64,000 bases of DNA from Channa argus (lineage: Eukaryota): the NCBI RefSeq assembly GCF_033026475.1, contig NC_090205.1, positions 5,909,544 through 5,973,543 of the forward strand, given 5' to 3'. The notes below the pieces were generated by a model. It searched no databases, was not told where the DNA came from, and worked only from the letters and a program-made list of their open reading frames with translations. How positions within the stretch are numbered: position 1 is the first letter of the stretch; each line of letters begins with the position of its first letter. Both the position numbers and the translations under genes were made by a program. Positions 53,607 to 64,000 of the stretch are shown one piece after another.

Positions 53607-53785
53607 CTCTGCTGATGTTGATAAGTATTGCTGTGGGTTTCATGAGGGACAGCTCTCTGTGTCCAATGAGGCCTGTTGTGTCCGGAGTTAATTTGACAGC
53701 GATCGTGACAAAGTCCGAGCGCCTCAGCAGGTCACTCAGGCTCTCGCAGTAACTCGCACCAACTGCCTGCTCCTCTGCTACACTC
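53607..53785 (-). CDS. GRHPR-like coding exon 3 (catalytic-domain part, ...INISRG)
   Basis: The acceptor is ggtgttcag|G. It encodes (R)SVAEEQAVGASYCESLSDLLRRSDFVTIAVKLTPDTTGLIGHRELSLMKPTAILINISR(G), matching human [58 protein letters not shown]. The donor is AGAG|GTGAGG. The ORF 53575..53793 covers this exon. Confidence 0.85.
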
Positions 53786-54121
53786 CTGAACACCAGGAGA
53801 AATGAGTGTATAAGTTACTGGACACATACACCAAGTGTTCCAGACGTACAGATCATTGAATCAATCTTTTTTTTTTTTTTTTCTTCAGTTAAAAAAGTAC
53901 AAATCAGTGCAATGTTCACTGTACCTGTTAATCATTAGTTGGTTAAAGTTAATCATTTCTCTGAGCAGCAATGTTTGATTTTGGATGTTTAGTGTCGCAT
54001 GCTGTCACAATGTCAACAATGCATATTTGAATGTAACATATGTGTAATACTACATACTGTTTAAAAACATTAAAGAAACATTTTGATGTGTTTCTTTTTA
54101 CCTTTTTGTCCTGCTGTGATA

Positions 54122-54293
54122 AAGGATCTTCATTTCAAACCCTTTGCTTCTTTGGGCGATTTTGTAACCGACTTCTCCCATTCCAATGATCCCCAGTGTC
54201 GACCCTGTGACTTCAACTCCCATCAGTGATCCAGGTAAGCTGGTGGTCATTGGGTCCACAGCAATTTGATTACCTATCAGGAAAAAAGTCTAA
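54122..54293 (-). CDS. GRHPR-like coding exon 2 (NAD-binding Rossmann GxxGxGxxG)
   Basis: The acceptor is ...tttttcctgatag|GTAATC. With phase 1 it encodes [57 protein letters not shown], matching human [48 protein letters not shown]. The donor is AAAAG|GTAAAA. The reading frame is continuous with exon 1, and the exon 1/2 junction position matches the human protein exactly. Confidence 0.8.
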
Positions 54294-54812
54294 ATGAGCA
54301 TTTTATTTATTTATACCAGAGCCCTGTTTTAAGGGAACCTTTGACCTACCTGTGTTTATTTAGTGCCTACATGTTACACTAATGTCTTTATACCTAAATA
54401 TAACCAAAGCACAGTGACTGTTCTCCCTTTGAAAAATTGGCAACACTTTGATTTACAGCCCGTGACTTACAGGGTAAGTACAGTGAACTTACTATGTACT
54501 TGTAATCACTCGTGTAACGGTGTAACTCCACAGTACCTATGAATACATATTTGTTCTAACCTGATAACAATAAGCAAACTTTGGAGAATAACAGCGTAAC
54601 AAGATGACAATAAGAAAAATGCCTACAGTGTAGGCATTTTGTAGAGAAGCGGTTCTTATTAATTAATGTCAAGTTTGCTTATTGTTACCAAAGTCTCAAC
54701 AATTATGTATCCATAGGTGGAGGAACACCGTAGCTATCTCTTTTAGGATGCACTAATATCGGTGTCAGTGTTTGGTTAAGGGATTCTCGTTTGAATGGTT
54801 TTGTCTACTCAC

Positions 54813-55191
54813 CTTCCAGGATCCTGCGAGCCGATGCCAGAAGCAGACCCATGGCTAAATCTGCTGTGGAGTCACTAACCACACCAGGCGTGTTGGCCAA
54901 TTTGACCCCAAGGCTATTGATATATGGCACGTCCACGTGATCGATGCCCACTCCTCCACTGGCCACCACCTTCAGGGAGGGAAGCATTCCAAGCAATGCA
55001 GGCTCCGCTTCAGGGAGGAACTTCCATATGAACAGAGCCTGGATTTTGGGGCCATGAAGCGCTGGATTTTGTAGGAACTCTTTGTAGCAGATAATTCGGA
55101 AGTGCTGTGTCAATATGTGCGACAGCTCCTGAAGGTAACCACACTCCCCGCCCACCTCTGAGATCAATGCCCATGGCTTGTCCTCTTCCAT
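54813..55191 (-). CDS. GRHPR-like (glyoxylate reductase/hydroxypyruvate reductase-like D-2-hydroxyacid dehydrogenase), coding exon 1
   Basis: The minus-strand ORF 54805..55251 translates to ...MEEDKPWALISEV...LKVVASGGVGIDHVDVPYINSLGVKLANTPGVVSDSTADLAMGLLLASARRILEG. This aligns colinearly with the N-terminal half of human GRHPR (…LKVISTMSVGIDHLAL…[28 protein letters not shown]). An AAG|GTGAGT donor follows the exon; the GT lies at 54812-54811 on the plus axis. The start is taken at M21 (ATG at 55189-55191) because it aligns with the human M1 region. In-frame upstream ATGs at 55234-55236 and 55249-55251 remain possible alternative starts. Confidence 0.8.
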
Positions 55192-55286
55192 TAGCTGATG
55201 ACATAAAAGACATAAAAGGTCTTGAAGTGACAGCATTGAGTTTTTGGTCATTTTAGTTGATTTATCATGTGAATTAAATAGTCTTA

Positions 55287-55810
55287 CCTTGTCAAGATCC
55301 TGTTCCCAGTGTTTAGTTGGTCCCTGATTTCCCCAGCTTCGCTTCTTGTCTCCAGCTTTTATTTTTTAGCCCCTCAGCCTACTTCCTGTCTTCAGTGTCA
55401 TCAGACCCTGATCATTTTCACCTGCTCCTCTGTCCTTTCAAACCCTGCTTGTTCGTCTTTGTTACGTTGCATGCCTCTGGACACCCCACCCACCGCGCTT
55501 TTCCCCTTTTGGACTGCTGTTTCTCTGGTCCACCTGTTCCCCGTGTTTTACATCTGTCCGTTTGGACTGAGGTTGCGTTATTTTTGGTCACTGTTTAGCT
55601 GCCTCTGTTTTACACTCGGTTTGATTATTAGTTTATCCTTCTTTAATCCTTTACTGTTCATCCCGTCCCTGTGTGTGCACAGCTCTGCTGGCTTTGTGTG
55701 TTCATATGTATGTTTGTGTGTAGTTGTGTATTTGTCCCATTTCCCTCTTTCTCCAGCTCAGTTGGAGCTCTCTTTGCATCTCCTTACTTGGCCCTTAAAA
55801 AACAGAAAAC
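55287..55810 (+). mobile_element. Interspersed repeat copy B (unclassified TE fragment, possibly LTR-like) abutting the 5' end of the GRHPR-like gene
   Basis: Copy B (gatcctgttcccagtgtttagttggtccc…ctccagcttttattttttagcccctcagcctacttcctgtcttcagtgtc…) is clearly homologous to 33570..34150 (gattctgttcctggtgttgagtttgtccc…ctccagcttttattttgtagcccctcagtttacttcctgtcttagtgtc…). Both copies are in the same orientation. The ORF 55309..55815 is the low-complexity, pyrimidine-rich translation of this repeat and is not a gene. Confidence 0.7.
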
Positions 55811-58299
55811 ACTAACCTGTGACATATCTAAACATTGTTAGATTTTGTATTTAGCCTATGGTGAATATTAAATGTGTCATTCTGTACAAAACTCTAACCT
55901 AAAAATTTAAAGAAATTACATAAATTACACATTTCTTTTCTGTTCTGTTCTCTCATTTCATTGTAGTCATATGTCATTTTTGTAAGAAAGACTTCACCTT
56001 TTTTTCTTTTTTTCACCTTTTTGTAATCACATGTTATTTTGCTTTTTGAGAAAAGTTAAAGATTTGACACAGCAGGATAATGTAAAAACCAAACGAGGGC
56101 TGTTGTCGCCCTGTGGTTTAACCATCCACTGCTCACAAACGTGTTATTAATAAAAGAGCTTATGCAGTAAACAGTATGCAGTCTATATTATATAAAGGGT
56201 GATGTGCATTGAAGAGTTTTTATTGCGTTGAGTTGTTTGTGGAAAAAATACAAGAGACAGTTTATTATTCAAAGCAGTCATGTTAAATGTCTTAATGCAT
56301 GACTGGAGGGCACCTCTATTTCTTTCTATAAAATAATTTATACTACAACAGATGCACTGAGTGTCTAAGATAGTTACAATACTAGTAATTAAAAGGTTCT
56401 AAAACAGCAAAAAAAACAAAAAAAACTCACTCCGACTTATAAACACAGTCTATAAACTTTAAAAAGATTAAGAAAAAAACTTCAAGCTTCCCACTATACC
56501 GCACATGCTGGAACACACAATATGAACACACATTGTACATATTTATTCTAGTACTATCTAAAAAAGAGATGGACTTTAATGCTTATTTTTGATTTTATGG
56601 TTATTATCATCCGAACCAAAATGAAAAGTGGCACCTCAAAAAAATATCATCAGCATCAAAGTTGACGACAGTGATGATTATATCTTAATGTAAGCTAAAT
56701 GATCACTCGTGGCGGGGCATTGGAAGGAAAACACATTAAAAGCATAAAAATATTATCCTAAAGCATTAGTGATTCAGATCTACGGGAGAGACAAACACGC
56801 GACATGAAATAGATGAGGTCCTGAAATAAAAGGGGTAAAAGCAGGTCACCATACTGTAAGCTTAGATGGATCACAGGGTGGACGTACTGCGCATAGATGG
56901 ACAAGGGGCCCATGGGACTGAGGATCTGACGTCTGACCGAGCCCAATAAAACATGTGACCAAAAATAATGAGCCATATCCTGAAAGTATCCCAATCCACT
57001 GAAGACCATCCACCAAACGTCCACAGAACAGACACAAAACAAGTAAAAACAGGACACATGGCCCCAAAACATGCATTTATTAATCAAAACCAGACAATAA
57101 ACTTAATCACTGACAAACTTGCACTAATTCAGTAAGAGAAGAAAACCACTGGAAACATATTGTCAATACAGCAAACGAGTTGTGCAAGAGTGTTATCAAT
57201 TGCCTGTCGTATCTATGGTGCTGTCACCATCACTACTGGATGTTTCTTATTAATATTTTTAATCCACTTACTCCGTCCTCAGATGACCGCAGAGGCCTTG
57301 CAAACTGTCGCCGTGCATTTGAGAAAGCTTTGTTTTCCTGCTCCAGCGTACGGGCATAGCATACAAACGGCTGCATTGTTGGACAAACAGGCCTGTCAGG
57401 AACACATTTTATGCACGCACAGACCCATATCTCAAATTGCCTTTATTACAAATCATATCGTGACATAGAAAATATAAATATGACATACCAATAAATTGCT
57501 AAAGTGTGGGTGTAACTGTCTGTTGGAAATTATGTTGCTATACCACTGAGCTGTTTTCCCAATTATAGTGTGGTGGCAATGCAATCACTAAAAGAAACAA
57601 CCTTTGGTCATTATTTTAATAGAGAACATAATCCAGCCGCAATTATGTCTCCTTCAAAAATATTGGCTGTTGCAAATTAGTTATATACTGTAGTATAAAC
57701 ATAACTTCAAAGTGACAGGAATGTGAAGGCACACCTATAAACCGAGCGACCCCCTTTGTGTAATTGGATTCTCTTATACATTGTAATGATGTTTGTTGTT
57801 GAGTTCAGTTATTCAGTATTTTACATTAGAGAATAAAAACCTTGCCTCTTATTGCGGCCGGTAATAGGAGGTTGTTAACACCATTTTTACCCAAGCTTCA
57901 GCCGTGTCTCCCTGTGCAAAGCCCTGAGAATGACAAATGCCCAATCAGTATTCTTAACCTCAGTGTCGTAGGACAAGTCAATATTATTTTGTTGGTATCG
58001 GGTGGATGTGAGAGATAAAGTTGCCTAACGATGCAGCAAAAATATTTCACATGAATGCAAAAACTTCACACTCCCACCTTTAGCTCGACTTCACTGCGAA
58101 CGCTGCACCGCCGTCCCTCGAACTGCAGCACTGCAGCAGAGGGAGGTTTTCTGCACAAGATGAAGCAGGAGGAGCTAAAAGGAGCGAAGGGGGTCGGTTT
58201 TTATTCATGCACCCTTTGTGCTGGGTTCTGCTGATGACTGCTGAAAGTCCAAAAAAGGGTACAAGGTGGTCGTGACTGAATGAATTATAGGAATAGCTC

Positions 58300-60260
58300 C
58301 TTACATCTTATATACTGTGTTCTTCTGCAGACTAATGGTGTGTTACAGCTGGGTCTTTTCACCTCAAGGTAACATGTGTTGCACTTCTACAGTTGAGTGA
58401 ATTTGAGGCAAGAACTTGGTAAAAGTTCAGGAAGAATCTCATCTAATGTAGAAATTGTTCCATCCACAAGTATAAAGATCAGTTTTTCCAATGTGTTTTT
58501 TTAATAATCTCTCCTCAACACCAAGCACAATGTTCCCCCCTCTGCTGATGCTGCTGCGGGTTCAGCTCTCTGTGGCTAAGGAGGTCTGTTGTGTCAGGTG
58601 TCAGGTAACAGCCAGCGTAACTAATTCCTCAGCAGGTCATCAGGCTCCCGCAGTAAGTCGTCCCACTGACTGCTCAACGTCTGTGTTTCTGAACAGGGGT
58701 AAAGAATGAGCGGATTCACGCTGTTTTGTTACTTTACTATTTTGGATTTTCCGGCTCCCTAATGTGATAATAATGATTTATTAAAAAAGCAAGCGACTTT
58801 TTCTTTGACCCTCTTTCCAGTCTTTATTCTTATTAGACCAGTATTATGGGATACTTTCTTGTAATTATAGATACAGGGGTCATAATCACAAGATAAAGCC
58901 TCCAGTCTTTTTTCTTCATATAGTGAATGAAATGCCCTTGTGCATTTTCCTGCCTTGTTTTAAAGATTATGGAGTGAAAATCTCGGTCACAGTACATTGA
59001 CAATTAGTACGACAAACAAACACAACAGATCATAAAACGACTCGTAATACTTGTAATACTACATCATGGAATGTGCATCATTTTTGCACATTTTGATAAA
59101 TAAAACTATTTGTTGACAGCTTATCTTTTGAGACATTTATCATCTTTTGCCCTCAAGTAGCAGTTTATACATAAGTACAGAACCATTTTAAATGTAATCT
59201 TGGCGCTGCTGTTTTGGTCGAGGCAGCCCAGAGGGAGTGTCAGCTCAAAAGCAACCCACACACATCGTCCAGAAATGCTGTTTATGCTCAGAAGTGGACA
59301 CTCAGAACCCTTTTACCTTCTGGTCCTGTTATGATACAGGATTGTTGTGTCAAGTCTTCTGCTTCTTTGAGCTCTTTTATAACCAGCCTTCCCTCATATT
59401 ACTTCCGGTGAGTGGACGTAACAGGAGCCACTCAGTGGAATGAGAACATGTTTGTGCTTTGCTATGTGGGTGGTTACACTCTCCAGCTAATTAAAGGTCT
59501 GTGAATGAAAATTGTTTTTATTCATTAATCTCTGGCTCTCATGGTGTTTTTTTCTTTAAGACACCATCCTCAGTTTGTGTGACCAGAAAAATCAAGCTGT
59601 CTTTAGACCAAATTACAGCCCCGTTCCATGGATGGCAATGATTCTATCGTGTTACGTTAGACTGAAGTATTTAATCAATTACTGCAAATCTTACTAAATC
59701 TTTCTAGTACCTTTGTCGGTTCTCTGACTTTTCATACCAACACGATCTTGTCAAACACATTCATTTCTAAATACCTGCAAATATAGCATTCCCATCAGTC
59801 TGAGCTGCATTTTGAGTTTATTGTGAAACGTTAACAGCATCCTAACACACAATATAAATATCTGCCGAGCATAAAAAATACAGTTTCCCACATTTTGGGC
59901 TATTTCTCGACTTCCTTCCTCTCAACAATGTTACAAGCCAGTGCCTGAAGCAAGCCTATGGCAGCAACTGCAGTGGCACTGCTGACCGCACCTTCACCCC
60001 TCGACTGGTAATGAATGGCACGAACAGATGCTCACCGCCTGCCCCTCCATTGGCTACCACCTTCAATAAAGAAGCAAGCTGAGCAAGTAATGCTCAGCTG
60101 CACAAACACGGGCTGGATTTCAGGTCCACGTACTGTAGCTGGAGGGGTTGCAGGAATTCCTTGCTGCAGTTGATTTGAAATTGTTGTTTCATTATCTCAA
60201 TTACCCTGTCAAGGAAACCTTGCTCTGAGATCGGAGCCCACGGCTTGTTCTTTTCTATTA
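58300..60260 (-). pseudogene. Tandem GRHPR-like pseudogene (decayed paralog directly 5' of the intact copy, same orientation)
   Basis: The exon-1 homolog at about 59912..60258 translates to ...IEKNKPWAPISEQGFLDRVIEIMKQQFQINCSKEFLQ..., compared with intact ...MEEDKPWALISEVGGECGYLQELSHILTQHFRIICYKEFLQ. The start codon is ATG→ATA at 60256-60258. A roughly 15-nt deletion creates an in-frame TGA (…SSPCLCS*). The VGIDHVDV motif is replaced by AGGEHLFV. There is an in-frame TAG, and the GTGAGT donor is lost (ggaaggaagtcg). The exon-2 homolog lies at about 59340..59430 (tctgcttctttgagctcttttataaccagccttccctcat versus tttgcttctttgggcgattttgtaaccgacttctcccat). The exon-3 homolog lies at about 58540..58690 and carries internal deletions. 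The exon-4 homolog lies at about 58412..58480. Confidence 0.75.
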
Positions 60261-60649
60261 CCTGAGAGGATGGAACACAAGGGTCACTCAAAAGCTGCCT
60301 GTCATGGAAGAGTGAGGGTGGACGACTCAAACGTGAAAAGTTGTTCCTCACATTGGCCTTTATTACAAGTAATGCAATAAGCACGAGCTGATATTCATCT
60401 TAACTCAAAGCTGTCCTCTACACAACCCCGTCTCAGTGAAATAAAGTTCATTTTTTATTCAACTAAAGGGCAGCACTACATTACATTGTCAACAACACAC
60501 ACTTGGCGTTCCAGCAGTTAGCAGCACTGTACACTGAGCTGCTTTTTCCAAAAGTTGTTACAGTAGATATTTACAGCTGTGTGTGGATTCCTGCAGTGTG
60601 TGCGAATGTGGGATAAAGCACGATTAAGGCAGGCTGGCAAAACACTATT

Positions 60650-60693
60650 ACTACTACTACTACTACTGCTACTGCCACTACTAATGCAGTGTC
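60650..60693. repeat. (TAC)n trinucleotide microsatellite
   Basis: ctactactactactactgctactgccactactaatg. The poly-Leu ORF 60579..60815 is an artefact of this repeat. Confidence 0.9.
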
Positions 60694-63600
60694 ACAGTAT
60701 TGCATCACTGTGTGTCACCTTTCAAAGCTTTCGTTGCATTAGTTTCCAGGTTTTAAAGTCACTTGACCGTCTCATCAGAAAAAAGACAGTGAGACACGTA
60801 AATGGCTGTATATGAATTAAAAGAATTATTCAGGGTAAATATGAACTTGCAAATGCTGTCAGTGGGCTGTTCCTGCTCTGGGAGAACTAAACAGCTAATA
60901 AATAAATAATTTCTGAGGCTGTTTCCCCAAACCCATCACAGCTTTGTCACTGGGATTAGTGAATAGAATAATGTTGTCATTTTTTTCTACATAGCGAGCC
61001 AGCTACCTGGCTTTGCCTAGGAAAAACAAAAGCAAAAAGCAGAAATAATGTGAGCACTAGGCTGAATACAGTGAAACAACATGGGAACTGATAATCAGGT
61101 TAATGCAAATAACATAAACTAAAGTTTAAAAAACAACAAACTTTTATTAGTTTTTCTGTGGACACAGATGGCTGCATGTAGCAGTGTCTAAATCTTTTGG
61201 TTGTGGTCTGTTGCAATACTGTGTCCGTGGGACTCAATTGTCATTTACTGTAGGACGGAGTGTTTCTTAACGTCAAGGAGAAATTGTTGCTTGTCGTTGT
61301 TTGTTTGGAACATGATGCACATTCTTGTCTTTTTATACTTTTTATAAGGGTCTGTGTAACACAGGCTAAACATTTCTACAAGTTACAAACTCCATTTCCA
61401 GAAAAGAGAACAGCTCATTGTAAAACTTTGAATAATTTGTGAATTTCATCATCTAAGGTACAACATATCTATAAACCAAGAATCTGCGGGTCTAGCAAAG
61501 CAAATAACTTATATTTTAAACAAAAATGGGAAATATTCTCACAAATATTTGAATTTCTCACTTTGAACATTTGATTTTGACTTTGTGTTAGATGCAATAA
61601 AAGTTATGTTTCATATCATTTACAAATCACTGCATTTTTTTTTACAGGTTACAGAGGATAGCAGCTTTTGCGAGGTTTGAATTTGAGCACTGTAAAAGGC
61701 CTTTGTTGATGAGAGTATGAACATGAAATCTTGCATTGCTACTTGGCTCTTCACTGTGACTCAGATGAGATTTATGATGTAGGATGAACACAGAACGAAA
61801 TGTAAACTTAATATTGATCATAACATACGCGTGGGAGGAAATGAATAATTGTCATGAAGATGCCTCCAAAGTAAGAAGACATTTTAGAGAAGCAGACCCA
61901 CGAGGGACGAGGGGAAGATTTTAAATAGCATAAAACCTTGATTCAGTTGTGGCTCTGGAGTCGAGAAACTAAAGGTACAAAGATGAGGATTAAACACGCT
62001 GGTCTGTTTTCATCTGCCCTCACATCTGAACTTTCTCCCATTGCTTTGGTTTTTTTTAGCATTAGTGACAGAGGTTTGTCTAAACGAGAGCTGATCCCGA
62101 CCATGCTGTGTATTCAGATTGTTCTAAAAGTAAGAGTTTAGTAAGGTGCAGAGCTGTTTGAGGCCTCACATCAGTAAACGCTTGTAATGTAAGTGTCATT
62201 CTACAGAGCACGGGTAAACAACATATTAAGCATTTAAGGGCTTGCTGAAGTAATTATACCCAAACAGACGTTGTAACAGCATGAAACAAATGGAAGAATA
62301 AAACTACACTATGCATAAAGAAAATGTCAGCAAAGCTTACTGTAGCACCTAACAGTGGTGCCCTTTCTCTTTTCTTTTTTCTTTCTTCCCCCTCAAATTT
62401 TGATTTCAGTGAATTTCCCTCTTTCTGTTTGGGATTGAGCTCTATGGGTCATGGGAGAAGGTAAAACAGTGGGAGACTGATGCTGCTTCAGCAGTAATGT
62501 AGATGTTGTAGCGTGGTGGTGAAGTCTACTGCATGTTCTATAACACAATCAATGGTCTTAGAAGCAGCCAAAGTAAATGTTTTTATTAATATTGATTAAG
62601 AGGTAACATGCAAAAATGACAAACAACTACAGACAAATAAATTAACGTAAGACATTTAAAGTCTTTGTCAGTCTGTGGTGTGTGGACAGGGTGAAGGACG
62701 TTTCATCTCTCTGAATCGAGGGACCTGCTTTCTCATGATCCATCCATGATTCTGTCACCAACATCTCCTGACATACAGGAGGAGAGCGTGTTATTTTTAC
62801 ATCTGCCCAGTAAACGCCATCCATGTGTTCCCTGCACACCTGCTCCTCATTCCTTCATTACCCAGATCACTTTCTTTGCTCTGTAGCTTTAGCAGGTACC
62901 ATGTTTTCGTTATGTATTTAACTTTTAAAATCGGAACAGTTCAAAAGTTTGGCTTTCATGTTATCACATCTGGGAGCAAAATACAAGCAAAAACCATCCT
63001 GCGCTAATTAATCAATTCAGTTATTGATCGGAATTTCATCTCCGCAGAGCAGTGCAGCCATCGTGGTGATTATCCCTTACATGTCTGACTAATTTTTTCT
63101 CGTTAGGCTTGCTATTGTTTCTCCTCTGCTTATTATGCGTCTCTTTTGATAAGTCTTGCTGATGGGGGACCACACATTTCCATAACCCATCCCCGCTGTA
63201 ATATGAAAAGAAAGAACGGCTGCACGCTTCAATAATCTTTTCTTGTCTTGAGTCTGCAGACACACTCTGCATTTGGACCATAAAACCTAAAGGCTCCATT
63301 TGCCGTTCCCCACTGCTAAAGCCCCGCTGAGCTGACACAGTCTCTCCGTTTCATTAATGAAAAGCAAAAGGAATGAGGTCCTATATGGATTTCATACTTA
63401 AGCAAGACTGCAAAACTGTAGGAACATAGGAACGGAATAATAACTAACATCCGAAAAGTTTTTTTGTAAATGTATTTGGTTTGAATCATCACTTTAAATC
63501 TATTATGACAAAACAAAATGCCACAGGGATAGTGAGTTAATAGTATATAATTATGCATTCCAAAATAATTATGAAGAGCAAGAAACATTTGTGCTTTTAG

Positions 63601-64000
63601 TCTATCTCACTCTAATCATGAAATATTGTGTTGAAATTACAGTATCTCTTCTTTCTGCTAATAACAGACTATTCTTGTTGAATGCCAGCCCTTCTCCCAG
63701 AATACAGCTCAAATGTATTTAGTCTATTCATTAGGGTGACAGCAGGGCACGTTTAATCGGCCTGTGATTTCCTTTTTCACCAGGATCTTCATTATGCAGA
63801 GAGAAAGTGACCGGAGACTTTAGTTTAACATGCAAGAACATTAAATAAGCTAAGAAAAGTTCTGTCAAGTCAAGGCCAGGTGAAGGTTTGCGGGAGTGAC
63901 GTTTCTTCAGTCGATCTTCGGCACAGTGACTGGTAAAGCTGCTGCTCTTGTGACAATATAAACAACGATGCTGCTCCACAAGCTTCGCAGCATCTCTCTC

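Noticed and set aside
55309-55815. 168-aa ORF on the plus strand (the longest in the window), Pro/Ser/Leu/Cys-rich
   Set aside because: It lies entirely inside the pyrimidine-rich interspersed repeat, which is duplicated at 33570..34150. It is a low-complexity translation with no domain-like features, and it is antisense-adjacent to the real GRHPR-like exon.
60579-60815. 78-aa ORF with a poly-Leu run
   Set aside because: The run is produced by the (TAC)n/(CTG)n microsatellite at 60650..60693.
1-64000. Prokaryotic-type features requested by the task (operons, CRISPR arrays, defence systems, RBS or terminators)
   Set aside because: The sequence shows spliced exons with GT-AG introns, CpG depletion, vertebrate SINEs and a Tc1 element, and microsatellites. 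It is eukaryotic (teleost-like) DNA, and no CRISPR-like direct-repeat/spacer array or dense ORF packing is present.

Overview
This window is vertebrate nuclear DNA, almost certainly teleost fish. It is AT-rich and CpG-depleted, with (CA)n and (CT)n microsatellites, poly-A/T runs, several tRNA-derived SINE copies with the conserved teleost SINE tail, a decayed Tc1-like transposase, and no long ORFs outside exons. It is not prokaryotic, so there are no operons, CRISPR arrays or defence islands.

I can support one protein-coding gene from sequence alone: a five-exon glyoxylate reductase/hydroxypyruvate reductase (GRHPR)-like D-2-hydroxyacid dehydrogenase on the minus strand at about 53100..55251. 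Its splice sites are canonical, the NAD-binding and catalytic motifs are intact, and the predicted product is 329 aa. Immediately 5' of it on the same strand (58300..60260) is a tandem copy of the same gene that has been inactivated by a start-codon mutation, in-frame stops and a lost splice donor.

The rest is interspersed repeats and simple repeats. These include a TE family with copies at about 33570..34150 and 55287..55810 (the second abutting the GRHPR-like first exon), SINEs and a Tc1 remnant. I found no previously undescribed biological system. The findings below are the points that deserve a second look.
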